Positions 36,988 through 50,505 of a stretch of 64,000 bases of DNA are shown one piece after another. Source of the stretch: Octopus vulgaris (Eukaryota); the NCBI GenBank assembly GCA_951406725.2, contig OX597820.1:48608001-48672000 (forward strand). Reading direction: 5' to 3'. The stretch's first letter is position 1, and the number at the start of each line of letters is the position of its first letter. A program made the translations under genes and the position numbers. The notes under the pieces were generated by a model. It was not told where the DNA came from, did no database searches, and worked only from the letters and a program-made list of their open reading frames with translations.

Positions 36988-37334
36988 TTATCTATCTATC
37001 TATCTCCATTTGTCATTTAGTCGGTATTCAGCTGGATGGAAGTTTACCCTCTCTGCTCGTGACTATTCAAGCACCGAAAACAGCTAACGAAAGAATAGTA
37101 TACGGTACGAAACCTTTCAACTCTCTCTCTCTCCCTCTCTCTCTACCTCTCTCTCTCTTTCTCTCTCTCTTTCTTTCTCTCTCTCACGCACACACACAGA
37201 GGCTCAAACACACATGGGCATGCAATTGTGTAAGTGTGAATATAAAACTAATACGAATACCTATCATTCAAGCCGTTTATGTGTGTGTGTATGTGTGTGT
37301 GTATCTGTGTGTGAGTGTGTGTGTGCGTGTGTGA

Positions 37335-37362
37335 CTGACAAGACACAGTATGTCGAAACGTC
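37335..37362 (+). ncRNA. Degenerate hammerhead motif (G8 to A, 5' strand of stem I lost)
   Basis: CTGACAA-GACA-cagta-TGTC-GAAA-CGT-C. Confidence 0.55.
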
Positions 37363-37537
37363 AGTGTCCCAGAATCACTTGTACTTATGAATCGAGTATG
37401 TTACGAATAAATTGTCGTACAAAAAAGCGTATAGTTTATTGATGTTCAAATCCATTGCAAACGTCTTTAAAATGAATACGTAAATTATAGTTTTGATTCT
37501 AGTTGTTCACCATGCGTATCACGGTTGATTACATGTG

Positions 37538-37805
37538 TGGGAGCGTGGGCGTGCTAGCGTCGAGATCGTGGCTTGAGGATTAGAGTTTTAAATGAATAAT
37601 CGTAAGATTTCTGGTCTCCCGGACCGGGCGTTTTGTTGTATCCGTGAGCAATACACTTCTTTTCGCATTGTTTCACTCCACTCAGCTGGTTAATTGAATA
37701 ATCCTGCAACGGACAGGTGTCTCCTTCGGGGAAATGAAAATATATACGCCACAGAAACAGAGAGACCGGCTTTATGCGCCTATGGTTCGGGAAGGACCTT
37801 TGATT
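37538..37805 (+). mobile_element. SINE family C, diverged
   Basis: Shares CCACTCAGCTGG...CCTGCAACGGACAGG...ATACGCCACAGAAAC blocks with 7824-8086. Confidence 0.7.
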
Positions 37806-38663
37806 ACTTTCATATACATATGTGCGTCTCCATGCGCGTGCACGCGTATGTATGTATGTATGTATGTATGTATGTATGTATGTATGTATGTACGTGCGTG
37901 TGTATATATATAAACGCATACATATAGACATACATACATACATATATATATACATATATATATATTACATATCTTTCTGTGATTTCGGAAATGTTGGCAC
38001 TGCGCCCTTAAAATGTTTGGTTGGATAAGCAGCTTAGTTGCCGTTCGAAGTCCCAGTCAAATCTAATAGAAGTAATAAATTTGATAATACAGAGTTCCAC
38101 CTACAGTAAATTCTGTTATCAAATTTTGTTGAATATGCATTAAATACATATGCATACACATACATATATACAAGAATATACATACGTATGTATGTATGTA
38201 TGTATGTATGTATGTATGTATGTATGTATGTATGTATGTATGTATGTAGTTTTGTATGTATGCATATATGTATGTACGTAGGTATATATGAGTGTTGTGT
38301 TGAAGTATTGGTTTTTGATATTATGATATAATATGATTTCCGGGCAGAATTTCCGACCATAAGTTTAAAGTTTGATCCGCTTACCTACCAAGCTCATTGA
38401 ATTAATTGGCTACCAGAGTATTCCGCTGACAGGTGTACCTAAAATATATCTGAGTCGAAATCAGCATGGAACATTTGAATTGCTGATGCATTTCATCAAA
38501 TAGCCACCTACATAATCTCACTTTCTACAGATATGCACCAAACCGAGACTTTAGAAAATGACATTTGCCTAAGATTCCAGGGAGAGAATCGAAACCTGTA
38601 TATCAGGATTGCGAAATAAACCTCATAAACATTGGCTATACTGCTCCTGCTTATACCATACTT

Positions 38664-38976
38664 TTCTTTTCGTCGCTCTTTTCAAGCCTAGCCAGGTTCA
38701 TGGTCCCGGTTTCCCGGTTTCTGTGGCGTATGTGTTCCCCCCAGCTGGACGGAACGCCGGTCCATCGCAGCATTACTCAAGAAACAGGAAGAGAGAGTGA
38801 GAGAAAGTTGTGGCGAAAGAGTACAACAGGGGTCGCCACCACCCCCTGCCGGAGCTTCGTAGGCCTTTTAAGTATTTTCACTCAATAAACACACACATCG
38901 CCCGGTCTGGGAATCGAAACCACGATCCTCCGACCGTGAGTCCGCTGCCCTAACCACTGGGCCATTGAGCTTCCAC
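38664..38976 (-). mobile_element. SINE family C variant with a different central segment
   Basis: tRNA-like head (TGGCCCAGTGG, GGTTTCGATTCC) and V-like tail; 12-bp TSD TATACCATACTT at 38652-63 and 38977-88. Confidence 0.85.
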
Positions 38977-39129
38977 TATACCATACTTCACTACCCAATA
39001 AACCTATAAATTTCGAGAGTCGAAATTAATTAATTTAGTTGCACTGAACAGTCATAGATGATTGATTTTTCTAATAAAATTCTAGCTTGGACTGATTGCT
39101 TAGAGATGATAGGGTGATTTTGTCGTCTT

Positions 39130-39491
39130 TTATCTTTTACCTTTTATCTCTCACCTGTTTCAGTAGTTAGACTGCGGCCATGCTGGAGCACCACCTTGAA
39201 GACTTTATAATCGAAAGGATCGGCTCCGGTACTTATTTTCCATTTTTAAGCCTGATACTTATTCTATCGGTCTTTTTTCCGAACTGCAAAGATATGGAGG
39301 GACGTGGACATGCCAACAACACCAGTTGTCAAATGGTGGTGGGGGACAAACGCAGACTGAAAGACACAGAACATACATATATATATGCGCGTGTGTGTGT
39401 GTGTGCGCGCGTCCCTGCGTATGTGTGTATGTGTGTGAGTGTATGCGTGTATGTGTGCGTGTGTGAGTATATGTGTGTGCGCGTGTGGGTA

Positions 39492-39531
<40 letters not shown>

Positions 39532-39672
39532 CGAAGGGTTTCTTTCTACCACATCCACTCATAATGCTCTGGCCGGCCCGAAGCTATAGTAGAAGACATT
39601 TACCCAAGGTGTCCTGCAGCGGGACTGAACCCAAAACCATGTGAATTGGAAGCTAACGTCTTACCACACAGG
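39130..39672 (-). mobile_element. SINE family A, diverged
   Basis: Reverse complement of tail (39130-39360), microsatellite and head (39530-39672). Confidence 0.8.
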
Positions 39673-39960
39673 AGTCACTGTTGGAGTTAAACATTGCAAG
39701 AGTTTGCCCCAGCATGAACAAAGTCGAATGGCCGAGACAAGTGAACGATAACAGATACATTGCCGGATATCATTTGAGGTTAGTTAGATACGTTGTTGCC
39801 AGGAACAACAAATAAAATTAACACGAAAATTCTTGCTGTGTCAATAAATTTACCATTTCATTCATTAAGACAGCATCAACGGCATTAAGCGAAAAGTGAT
39901 GAATATTAGCCTGCAATTATTCAACACCACAAAGTTAACCAGCTGGCATTATCAGTCTGC

Positions 39961-40160
39961 AGCTCAGGAACCTCTCAGGGGACGTTTACGGATTGAGCAA
40001 TGATAGGAACCAAAAATAACCCTGGTTTAGATCATAGCTATAAGTTTGCGGGTATGTAACTATGTAGCTCAGGAGTCTCTCAGAGGACGTTTATGGATTG
40101 AGCAATGATAGGAACCAAGAATTAACCCTGGTATAGATCACAGCTATAAGTTTGCGGGTA
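39961..40160. repeat. 105-bp tandem duplication
   Basis: AGCTCAGGA..CTCTCAG.GGACGTTTA.GGATTGAGCAATGATAGGAACCAA...GCTATAAGTTTGCGGGTA starting at 39961 and 40066. Confidence 0.9.
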
Positions 40161-40674
40161 CTTATCTTGTGTATGCGTGTATGAGTATCTATTGTTGTCT
40201 GCTTGAGAATATAAGAAGTTTATCATGCGTGAAATAAATTATAGTGAATAAATCCTGTTCATTTATGTTGAACTAATCATAGGTTTAACATATTTTAAAA
40301 AATAGGGAGCGCAGGTATAGATATGAGCAAGATAGTGACAGTGTATATTTCTTAGGAACACTTCGGAGAATATCTGTTTAGGAAAAGAATACTTTGAAAT
40401 AAAACCCTTAGTTTGATCTCGTCCGTTCGGTTGGTGGTGGTGACGGACTTGATGCGATGAATTATAGCCACTCCAGTTGCTTCCTTCCTTGTTTAGAACA
40501 TGGTGTGTCTAGTGTAGCTGATGGTAAACACGAATCTCTAGGACACCCGAAGAGCTTCATCATCCATTGCTTCTCATCTTTCACAAGTAGCGTCGGTGTA
40601 ACAAGTTCAGATGCAAGTTCATTTGAACCATACATACATACATACATACATACATACATGCAAAGACTACAGAT

Positions 40675-40708
<34 letters not shown>

Positions 40709-41150
40709 CATGTCTATATATGCAGCTATATGTATGAGAATACATGCATAAAACAAAAATACAAATCTGCACATATACATACATAAATACAAACAGACAA
40801 AAGTACCCCTTCCTTAATGTTGAAATTCCAATGAAGGAGCCTTGGATCTAGGTTAGAACTGGCTCTTTCTCTATTGGCAGGAAATCTTGAAATAAAAGTG
40901 AATAATGTCATACATACATACTTAAATACATACATACATACATACATACATACACACATGCATGCATACATGCACGCTTGGCGGCATTTTGTCCGTCCTT
41001 AAGTTCACCGAGGTCAACTTTGCCTGTCATCCTTTCGGCGTCGATGAATTAAGTACCACGGGGTCGATTTAATCGACTACATTCCTCCCCACCAAATCTC
41101 AGGCCTTGTGCCAGTAGGAGAAAGGATTCTTCTTCTTCTGATTATTATTA

Positions 41151-41532
41151 TTGTCATCTAGTGAACGATATTTCGACATCTTGTGTGTCTTCAACAGGTT
41201 AAAAATATTTTGTTAATCTACTTCATTTTGGTTAATATATATAGGATTAGGGTAACTCCCTCAGAAGATATGGGGTCAAAATTAAAAGAAGAGTGCCATT
41301 GTCATCTAGTGAACGATATTTCGACATCTAGTGTGTCTTCAACAGGTTTAAAAAATAATTTTGTCAATCTGCTTTATATATATTAACCAAAATGAAGTAG
41401 ATTGACAAAATTATTTTTTGAACCAGTTTAAGACAAACAAGAGGTCGAAATATCGTTCATTAGATGACAATGACACTCTTCTTTTAATTTTGTCTCTATA
41501 TCATCTGAAGGAGTTACCTCAATCCTATATAT
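41151..41532. mobile_element. Penelope-like pseudo-LTR arrangement: 148-bp unit, 1.5 tandem copies plus one inverted copy, each with a hammerhead-derived motif
   Basis: TTGTCATCTAGTGAACGATATTTCGACATC at 41151 and 41299; inverted copy at ~41376-41532; motif AAC-CTGTTGA-A-GACA...TGTC-GAAA-TATC-GTT. Confidence 0.75.
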
Positions 41533-41543
41533 TATTAGTAGTA

Positions 41544-41600
<57 letters not shown>

Positions 41601-41601
<1 letters not shown>

Positions 41602-41712
41602 GCGAGAGCAGTTCATGCCATCAAAGTGACACTGGGGTAAAATATACGAAGCCCAATATACCCATCATGACTACCCGTCTGATTAGGGTACACTAGGGTA
41701 CATTAGGGTACA
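41601..41712 (-). mobile_element. 5'-truncated copy of the ~555-bp (AAT)n-associated element
   Basis: Reverse complement matches the last ~95 bp of 52866-53426; flanked by (TTA)n on both sides; TGTACCCTA(A/G) is triplicated at the truncation junction. Confidence 0.85.
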
Positions 41713-41744
41713 ATTATTATTATTATTATTATTATTAATAATAA

Positions 41745-42031
41745 TACCAGTTACAAACTGGAGTCGATGTAATCAATTAACCCCCCCCCCCCCAAAAAAA
41801 AAATATCAGGCCTTGTGCTTATAGGGAACGGATTATTTTATTATTATTAGGGCGGTGAACTGAAAGAATGGTTATCACGCCGGACAAAATGCTAAGCGGT
41901 ATTTCGCCCATCTTTACATTCTAAAGTCAAGTTTGACTTATATCCTCTCTGGATCTAATCGACTTACCCCATCCCCCAATCTTATCGACTTGTACCAAAA
42001 TTGCTAGCCCTGTACGAAAATTTGAAGTCAA

Positions 42032-42094
<63 letters not shown>

Positions 42095-42350
42095 TAAGAA
42101 GGCAGCGAGCCGGCAAAATCGATAGCACACCGGGCAAGATGCTTACTCGCATTCTGTCGGTTATTATAATCTGAGTTCAAATCCAGCCGAGCTCGACTTT
42201 GCTTTTCCTCCTTTTGGGAGGTCGATAAATTAAGTATCAGTAAAACACTGGGACCGATGTAATCGATTAGCCTCCTGTCCCACAATTTTAGGCCTTGTGC
42301 CTATAGTAGAAAGGGTTATTACTAAGGTGGTGAGCTGGCAGAATCGTTAC
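41745..42350. mobile_element. Cluster of SINE family B copies and fragments separated by (TTA)n
   Basis: Heads GGCGG(T/C)GA(A/G)CTG..AGAA at ~41850, 42100 and 42327; tails GGCCTTGTGC.TATAG. Confidence 0.75.
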
Positions 42351-44434
42351 TTGTAGTAGCAGCAGCAGCAGCAGCTGCAGTAGTAGTAGTAGTAGTAGTA
42401 TTAAAAATTAAATATAACTGAATATAACAGTTATCAATGTTTTTAACGATTGCAATGGCTCCACAACGATGTAATTGTCTGCAATGCTAGCATAAAATCT
42501 CAGATTCGGCTACTCGGAATAGTAGAAATTGTTAATATAATCCTACTATAATTTAATTCATTTATTCATAATATTTTTTTTTGTATTAATAATAATAACA
42601 TAATGATATTGTAATATTCTGTATGAATGCCGAAATCGCGAGGATCACTTTTCGACGAGCATGAACAAGCATAATTCTAAGGATAATAATTTGATGTAGG
42701 AAAATTTGCAGTTACATTATTAACAAAAATATGACGAAATCACATAAAATCGCCAATAAACATTGGTAAACTGAATCAATATGTTAAATGAGATTACCTT
42801 TGTTGAAGTATTTGTAGAGGTGTGTTGAAAGGGGTAACCTGTAAAATAATAGTGTGTTTATTAGATTTATCTCTGAGGTTAATACTGAAGTTGAAGCCAG
42901 AGATGGGTATCTATATGCTATTTCGGCTTACCCGATAAAGCAGCCAAATCACCATCGAATCTTCATCAACTCTCTACAAACCGTCGTGGATAGTGCACTT
43001 TGTCTTAGATATGAATGCATTGGACAATAGTTTCCGGAACACCCGTCCATAGGAACAGACACAAATATTAGACCACGATCATAGTTCTGTTCGGTAAGGG
43101 CTCATTAGGGATAAACATAACAACATCAATCACATCACAAACAAAAATTACAGCATCTGCAATAGTAATCACAACAAAATACTACAAAGAATTTAAGCAT
43201 TTGATCATTGGTGTACTACCATTGTGGGAAATTGAAGCGCATCTTTTACTTGACAATGAGTGGAGATGAGATAGTGCCCTGCCAGCCTTCTCGCGTTGAT
43301 ATGGTTGGTGAAATTGTTTACTGCTTCTGCGCGTAATCTTAGTTATTGCGTGGACGAAGAGTTAGTGCTAAAAGATAGCAGTTTTGGAGAGTAAGGGAGA
43401 GTAGTCGCAGAAACATTAATATAACTGTAGTAGCCGTTGTAATGATTGTAGCAGCAGCAGTAATTTAGGTGTAGTAATAGTAACAATATCAATAGCAACA
43501 GTAGTAGAAACAATAGCAACTATAGTGTTAATCGTTGCAATAACTACAGCCAGAATAGCTACAACCAGGGTAGCCACAACCAGGGTAGGTGTCACAGCAG
43601 CAGTAATAAAATAGTGGAGGTGTAGCTTGATCATCAACAATAAAATTGACAGTAGTAGCAGCAGCAATAGGGTAGCAACAAAACTAGTATTAGCAGCATT
43701 TGTAGAGGTAGTAGTAGCGACCAGAATATAAGGGCCAATGGAAAAGGCAGTAGTATTAGCAGTTATAGTGGGAAAAATATCAGTGGGAAAAATATCAGAG
43801 GCAATAACGATAACGCTAGAAGTAGCATCATTAATCGGGGCAACTAATACAGCATTTAGAAAAGATTCTTTGATCCCCATGTCACGCCCGATTTGCTTAT
43901 ATATTATTAAAATCTCTTTGGATGTAATCATTCCCGGCATTTTTATAAGGAGTAGTGTGTTTATGAGTGCTTTAACCAGTATAGCTTTTTTTTCTTTTAA
44001 GACGGTATGGTAGGATACGATATGAAGAAGTTTTGGCTGCAACATGGTGGCAGTTTGATGACAATGCAATGGTTCCTTCGATGAATCGATTTGTAGAAAT
44101 AGTAGCTAAATCAACAGTAGCAGTATCAGTACCTGAAAGAGAAACAGTAGAAATATCAGCAACACTAATATATACTGCGGTAGTAGTGTCAGCAGCAGTA
44201 GTTATAGTAGCAGTAACAGCAGTAACAGCAGCCCCAGCAGTGGAAATATTAGCAGTAGTAATAAGATCAACAACTAGAGCTGCAGCAGCATTTGTAGCAG
44301 CAGCAGTAGAAGTAGAAGTAGAATCAGCTGCAGCAGTAGCAGGACAGTAGCAGCGGAGGGCGGGGGTACAGTAACACACAGCAATCGTAGCAAATGAAGT
44401 AGATGACAGCAGCTGTGGCGATAATAACTATAGC

Positions 44435-44855
44435 CTGAAATTTTGGCTAAAGGCCAATAATTCTGGAGTAGCTGTTAAGTCGATTAAATCGGTCATAGTG
44501 CTCCACTGGTACTTATCTTATCGAGCCCAAAAGGATAAAAGACAAAGTCGGCCTCGGCGGTATTTGAACTCAGTACCCACCAAGTACTGGCAGACGAAAT
44601 GTCATTAAGCTGTGCTAACGATTCTTATTTCTTTATTGCCCACAAGGGGCTAATTATAGAGGAGACAAACAAGGACAGACAAAGGTATTAAGTCGATTAA
44701 ATCGACCCCAGTGCGTAACTGGTACTTAATTTATCGACCCCAAAAGGATGAAAGGCAAAGTCGACGTCGGTGGAATTTGAACTCAGAACGTAGAGGCAGA
44801 CGAAATACTGCTAAGCATTTCGCACTGCGTGCTAACGATTCTGCCAGCTCGCCGT
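44435..44855 (-). mobile_element. Two adjacent SINE family B copies
   Basis: CCC(G/A)AAAGGAT(G/A)AA(A)G.CAAAGTCG blocks at ~44526 and ~44738. Confidence 0.85.
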
Positions 44856-45398
44856 ATTAACGCGCCGCTAGTAATATCAACTGCAGCAATATTAACAGCA
44901 GCAGTGCTAACAACAGTAGCAACAGCAGCAGCAGTGACCGCAACAGTGTCAGTAGCGACAGCGGAAGTAGTACTGACAGTCACAGTAGCCATAGCAACAA
45001 CAGAGGTGAACGTAACCCGTCATCGCGTTTAAGTTTACCTTTTAGTTTTGGAGTAGCTTTTAGCAGTGTTCACACTGTTGTTAGCTTCTTGGGCTACTTC
45101 TCTAATTTGTCCATAAATTCCTTTCTCCCAGCTGCAAGTCTTAAAGACATTGAGAAACCTAAGGGTCATAGACAATAGATATGGTAAAATATATATGTAC
45201 ACACACACACACAGACAGACACACACACACACAAATACATAAAGGATATTGGAATATTGCGTATATACCACTATGCCTATAAAACGGATTTACAAATTCA
45301 ATACCCATACATATCTTACATCTATTTTCTTTCCTCCACCTCACTCTCTATTTGTATCACATCGAAACTAACTATGACTTACTTTTTCCTCTCACACC

Positions 45399-45450
45399 GT
45401 CTCCGATGAAGGGATATTATTAATTAATATCCTAGAAACAGCTGTAAGAC
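45399..45450 (+). ncRNA. Type I hammerhead ribozyme motif (U4 to C)
   Basis: GTCT-CCGATGA-A-GGGATATTA-ttaat-TAATATCCT-A-GAA-ACAGCTGT-A-AGAC: stem I GTCT/AGAC, 9-bp stem II, palindromic stem III, GUA triplet. Confidence 0.75.
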
Positions 45451-45509
45451 ATTTCTATCTATAAATGCTCTAATATCTATACAGCCTTGTTTTTTTTTAT
45501 CTTATTACG

Positions 45510-45735
45510 CTATATATAATTATATATATATATAATTGTATATATATATATATATACATATGTATATATGTATATAGATATATATATATACACACAATTA
45601 TATATATATATAATTCTATAATATATTTATATATATAATATATAATTTATATAATTAAATATATGATTATATATATATATATGTATATATATATAATTAT
45701 ATATATATATATATATGATTATATATATATATTAT

Positions 45736-45768
<33 letters not shown>

Positions 45769-45907
45769 GATTATATATATATATAATTATGTATATATAT
45801 ATATATGATTATATATATATATATATATATATAATTATATATATATATATATGATTATATATATATATAATTATATATATATATACAATTATATATATAT
45901 ATCTGAT

Positions 45908-45940
<33 letters not shown>

Positions 45941-45948
45941 TATATATG

Positions 45949-45992
<44 letters not shown>

Positions 45993-46003
45993 ATATATAA
46001 TTT

Positions 46004-46036
<33 letters not shown>

Positions 46037-46070
46037 ATATAATTTTATATATGCATATATATATAATTTT
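45510..46070. repeat. Degenerate (TA)n tract with higher-order ATGATT/ATAATT interruptions
   Basis: Direct reading. Confidence 0.9.
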
Positions 46071-46143
46071 TTCCTGAGCGTCCAATAATACTATATTTTT
46101 TCCACGTCCTCGTGTTGTGTTTTTTGTGCTTTCGTGTTTGGAT

Positions 46144-46183
<40 letters not shown>

Positions 46184-47241
46184 TAACTGAAGCAGTGTTT
46201 TCAACGGCAGCCATATTAAACGCTATACTAACAGCAGTAGCAATAGTAACAATAATGGTTACATGAACAGCAGCAGTAGAAAGAACGGTGTCAGCAGTAG
46301 GAGTAGCAGTTGTAGCTGAAATCGAAGCAGGAGCAGCAATGGCGGCCATGGTGGAAGAAATAGCAAAAAATAACGACAGTATGGTAACCACAGCAGTTGT
46401 AACAAGACCAGTAGAAGCAGTAGTAGTTCTAGGGGAAATAGCACCAGCGACAGTAGAGTAAATGGCATAAGGGATTACAGTAGTATAGGTAACAACAGCA
46501 CCAGCAGCGGTATAGAACAGCAGTTGATACTGCAGTAGTAATAGCAGAAGTAGCAGCGGCGGTAGCTGAAGAAACAGCAGTAGTGATAAGAGGAGCAGAA
46601 GCAGTAGACGTGATAGCAGTAGACATTACAGTAGCGTGGAATGCAGCAGTATTAGCAGTGTGCAACAGCAGTAGATACTGCTGCAGTGATTGGAAGAAAA
46701 GCAACAGTAGAAGTAGAAATTACAGCAAAGACAGTAGTATTGGTTGTAGTAGTAGTAGTTACTGCTGCTGTAGAAGCAGAACAGAAAAAAAATCGGGAAC
46801 AGTAGCAACAGATGCTGCAGGTGATGTAGTGGTAGCAGCAAAAACAACGTCTGAATAACAGCAACAACAGCATCAATGACAAGAATTTGACTAAGAATAA
46901 CACGTCACGACAATGACTATTAATATTGCGGATTAACCAACTTGCAACTAACTTGAGTCATGAATAGATTATTGGATTATAATATATACATGCATGCACA
47001 GAGGTATATTGAGACAGCCATAGAAAGATTTGAACACACGACTATAGACGCACCTATACAGTAATACGTAGGCATATAAGAACAATTGCAAACACACACA
47101 CACATGCGTATAAATATATACATACAAGCATATATACACATGTATACACAGAACTATGTATACATATTTTTGTCCATAGGGTATACACACTCACATACAT
47201 ACATACGTACATACATACATGTATACAAACATACATATATA

Positions 47242-47281
<40 letters not shown>

Positions 47282-47422
47282 CATATATATAGATAAATAG
47301 ATACATAGATAAATAGACAGATAGACAGATAAGTAGATATAGATAGATAGATATATAGATAGATATACATACCTGCTAACAGAGAGCGAGGGGGACAGAG
47401 AGAAAGATAGCGTCATACAGTA

Positions 47423-47473
<51 letters not shown>

Positions 47474-47544
47474 TTATTTGCGGTTGAAGCTTTGGCTGTT
47501 ATTTCTAGTGGGTGAATGGCCTATTATGGCCGTTCCTTGATTGT

Positions 47545-47613
<69 letters not shown>

Positions 47614-47823
47614 CAGACATACATATACACACAAGCATATGAATACACACACACAGACAGACAGACAAAAAGATAAATACATATAAAAGCAGATACAGAG
47701 ATCCTCATACAGATGTATGTACACAGACTTTGACGATGCAGCGTAGAACCAGGCAAAGAAAACCACTCTTCCTCACACATGCTTACAACTCTGTACACAC
47801 ACACATACACACACACATACACA

Positions 47824-47876
<53 letters not shown>

Positions 47877-48825
47877 TCCCTCAAATGCATAGATATGTCC
47901 ACAAAAAAATCTGACATTGGAAAAGCAAGGAATTGAAACTAAGGATAAAGAAATAAAAAAATATATGCATAACCAGCAAACGAAAACAAGAGCAGGGAAG
48001 TGAAGAACACGACCAAAGTCAATGAGAACAAACAACGATTGAAATAAATTCCTGACAGAACAAGGATGGTGTATGTCTACAGACAGCGTGGAAGTCTCTC
48101 TAAATCGCATAATATATGCTCGGAATCAATGACAAGAGCAGAGCGTGTTTGCTCAAAATGATGAACAGGGAAAAAAAGAACATGAAAAATATATCTTCTT
48201 GAAATATGGCAGAATGAGGCAAATAAAAAGGAGAAAGAAAAAAAAATGAATGAAAGAAGGAATGAAGGACGGAAGGAAGGAAGGAAGGAAGGAAGAAAGG
48301 AAGGATAAAAGAAAGAATGAGTAAAAGAAACAAATGAATCCAGAAAAGATACTGGTCGAGGACAGAAGTCTGATATACTCTGATATTTTTATATTTGTAT
48401 AATACGCTATTTTGGCAGAAAAAAAAAGTTATCGCACACATGTCAGTTGGTTTGGAGTAGATGTGGGTGTATTCAATTGCAAAACCGGTAAATTTCAGAT
48501 GTGCTCCATGCTTACTAATGTCCTGCTATAAATAAATGAAAAGAATGATATACATGTGTGTGGCGAAGAGAGAGAAGGAGAAAGAAAGGGAGCGAGAAAG
48601 AGAGAGAGGGAGATAGGAAGGGAGAGACAAGGAGAGAGAGAGACACTGGCACACAGATAGAGAGAGAGAAGGGACAGAAAGTGGCCGCGACGGTGCGCAC
48701 ATGTCTGTGATATATACATGTCGACATGTACATATAAACGTAAGACTTGTCGCACAGACACAAACACGCATATACACACTTAAATACGCACATACACATA
48801 GTAATATATGCTTATATATACACAC

Positions 48826-48903
<78 letters not shown>

Positions 48904-50349
48904 AGATAGATAGATAGATGTATAAATAAGAAGGGAGGTAGGTTTGTAAGTTGGGTAGGTTGGTAGGTAGGTAGGTAGGTAGGTAGGTAGGTAGGTAGGT
49001 AGGTAGGTAGTAGGTTAGACAGAAAGAGGCACACTTACCTAGGCCGAATAATTTCAAACGAAGTACTAACCCCTGAGAGTGCTCAACAATATTAGTCGTA
49101 GCTATGACTTTAAATCAATTAAACAAAACAGAAGAATAAACCTCATATATTCTACATAACAAAAAATATGGACTGTTTACAACAATTTTACCTGGCAGGA
49201 CATTCAGATATTTCAGCGAGAATTCTCCTTGTCTTCTTTCTTTGAGCTATAGATAGTTACTCTTTGAGACGAAAACTCATGCGCACACGCACACACACAC
49301 ACACACACGCATACAAATACGCATGCTCACACACACATGCATCTAAATGTAAATGTATATACAACTGAAGTATAATGAAAGTCTTGGAAATGTTATAAGA
49401 AAAATCAAGAGAATTCACAGTTGTTGAATTATAATGAAGAAACTTACACATATACACAGTATAGTAGATGGATACGCATGGACAATACAATTTTTTGCTC
49501 ATATATCTCTGTGAGTAAATATCTCTAAGCGAGATATTAACTCACAAGCGTGTTCAACGATTCAGCAGATTGTCAATGTCATGAACTTGGTACTCAAAAA
49601 TACCACAGAAAATAAACATGGAATATTGGCCACCGGTTATTTCGTTTGAATTCTAGATGTTCTTGCAAGTATTCACCTCGAGCACGGCTACTGATCATTG
49701 CGACAGATACTCGTTTATCTTCACAGCGTATAGCAGTTGCAGGCATCATGGCTGGGTGATGAATATCTAAAATGACCTTTAAAATCACTGATCACTCTGA
49801 ACATAACACATATGTATGGTGTAGTATGCGTCTGTCGAGGGAACAAAAGTATCTAGAAAGTAAGTAAAGCTCCAGATATAACAGATTGTATTTCATGATA
49901 TCACGTGAAATACATATTCTCACATTCTAGTTTGGTGATATTCGGATAGAAACAAACGTTCAGTTATCGTATTAGAATATCCTTGAAATATGTGTGCTTA
50001 TGTATGTGTAACGGGTTAACCATATTATTCTTGGGAGCTTGATAGCTATATTGCAAGGAAAGTCATTCATTCTAGATTCTTGCGATGGACTAAATTTCGT
50101 TATGACAACGGGTAAACATCACTGATTTCATATTAAGCGATATCGATGAATCTATTAGAAAGTGAAACTTCTTAGACACAGCTTACAATTTCGAAATTCA
50201 TTGAAATATAGAATAGCATTCTTTTCTTCTTTTACTTGCATCGGTCATTTGACTGCAACCATGCTGGAGCACCAACTTTTAGTCGAGTAAATCGACCCCA
50301 GGACTTATTTTTTGTAAGCCTAGTACTTATTCTATAGGTCTCTTTTGGT

Positions 50350-50505
50350 TAGAGGCTTCCAGATTAGTGTATTAATGTCCAATCCCCGACTCTTTAGCTT
50401 CTACAAAAATTTCTACAAAGCTATATGCATCTCCTTGTCCTTTGATCTACGTATAGATGTACCAACAACTACACTGAATTTTAATGATTTCGCCAGGAGT
50501 CCTGT
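50350..50505 (-). mobile_element. Possible Penelope-like ORF fragment
   Basis: Minus strand SIRRSKDKEMHIAL*KFL*KLKSRG resembles the Penelope post-RT thumb region; by-eye match only. Confidence 0.35.

Larger units (their letters stand above)
43420..46880. repeat. Long cryptically simple (GCA/GTA/ACA)-rich low-complexity region, interrupted by SINEs, a Penelope-like fragment and a 550-bp TA-rich tract
   Basis: Degenerate AGCAGTAGCAGC trinucleotide texture at 43420-44420, 44860-45010 and 46185-46880. Confidence 0.8.

Noticed and set aside
41682-41712. TTAGGG-like repeats suggesting interstitial telomere
   Set aside because: The unit is TAGGGTACA plus one base, a slippage copy of sequence internal to the ~555-bp element, not tandem TTAGGG.
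43416-46903. Ala/Thr/Val-rich ORFs resembling mucin or antifreeze proteins
   Set aside because: Degenerate GCA/GTA repeats open on both strands, with frequent stops, interruption by SINEs and no clear splice signals.
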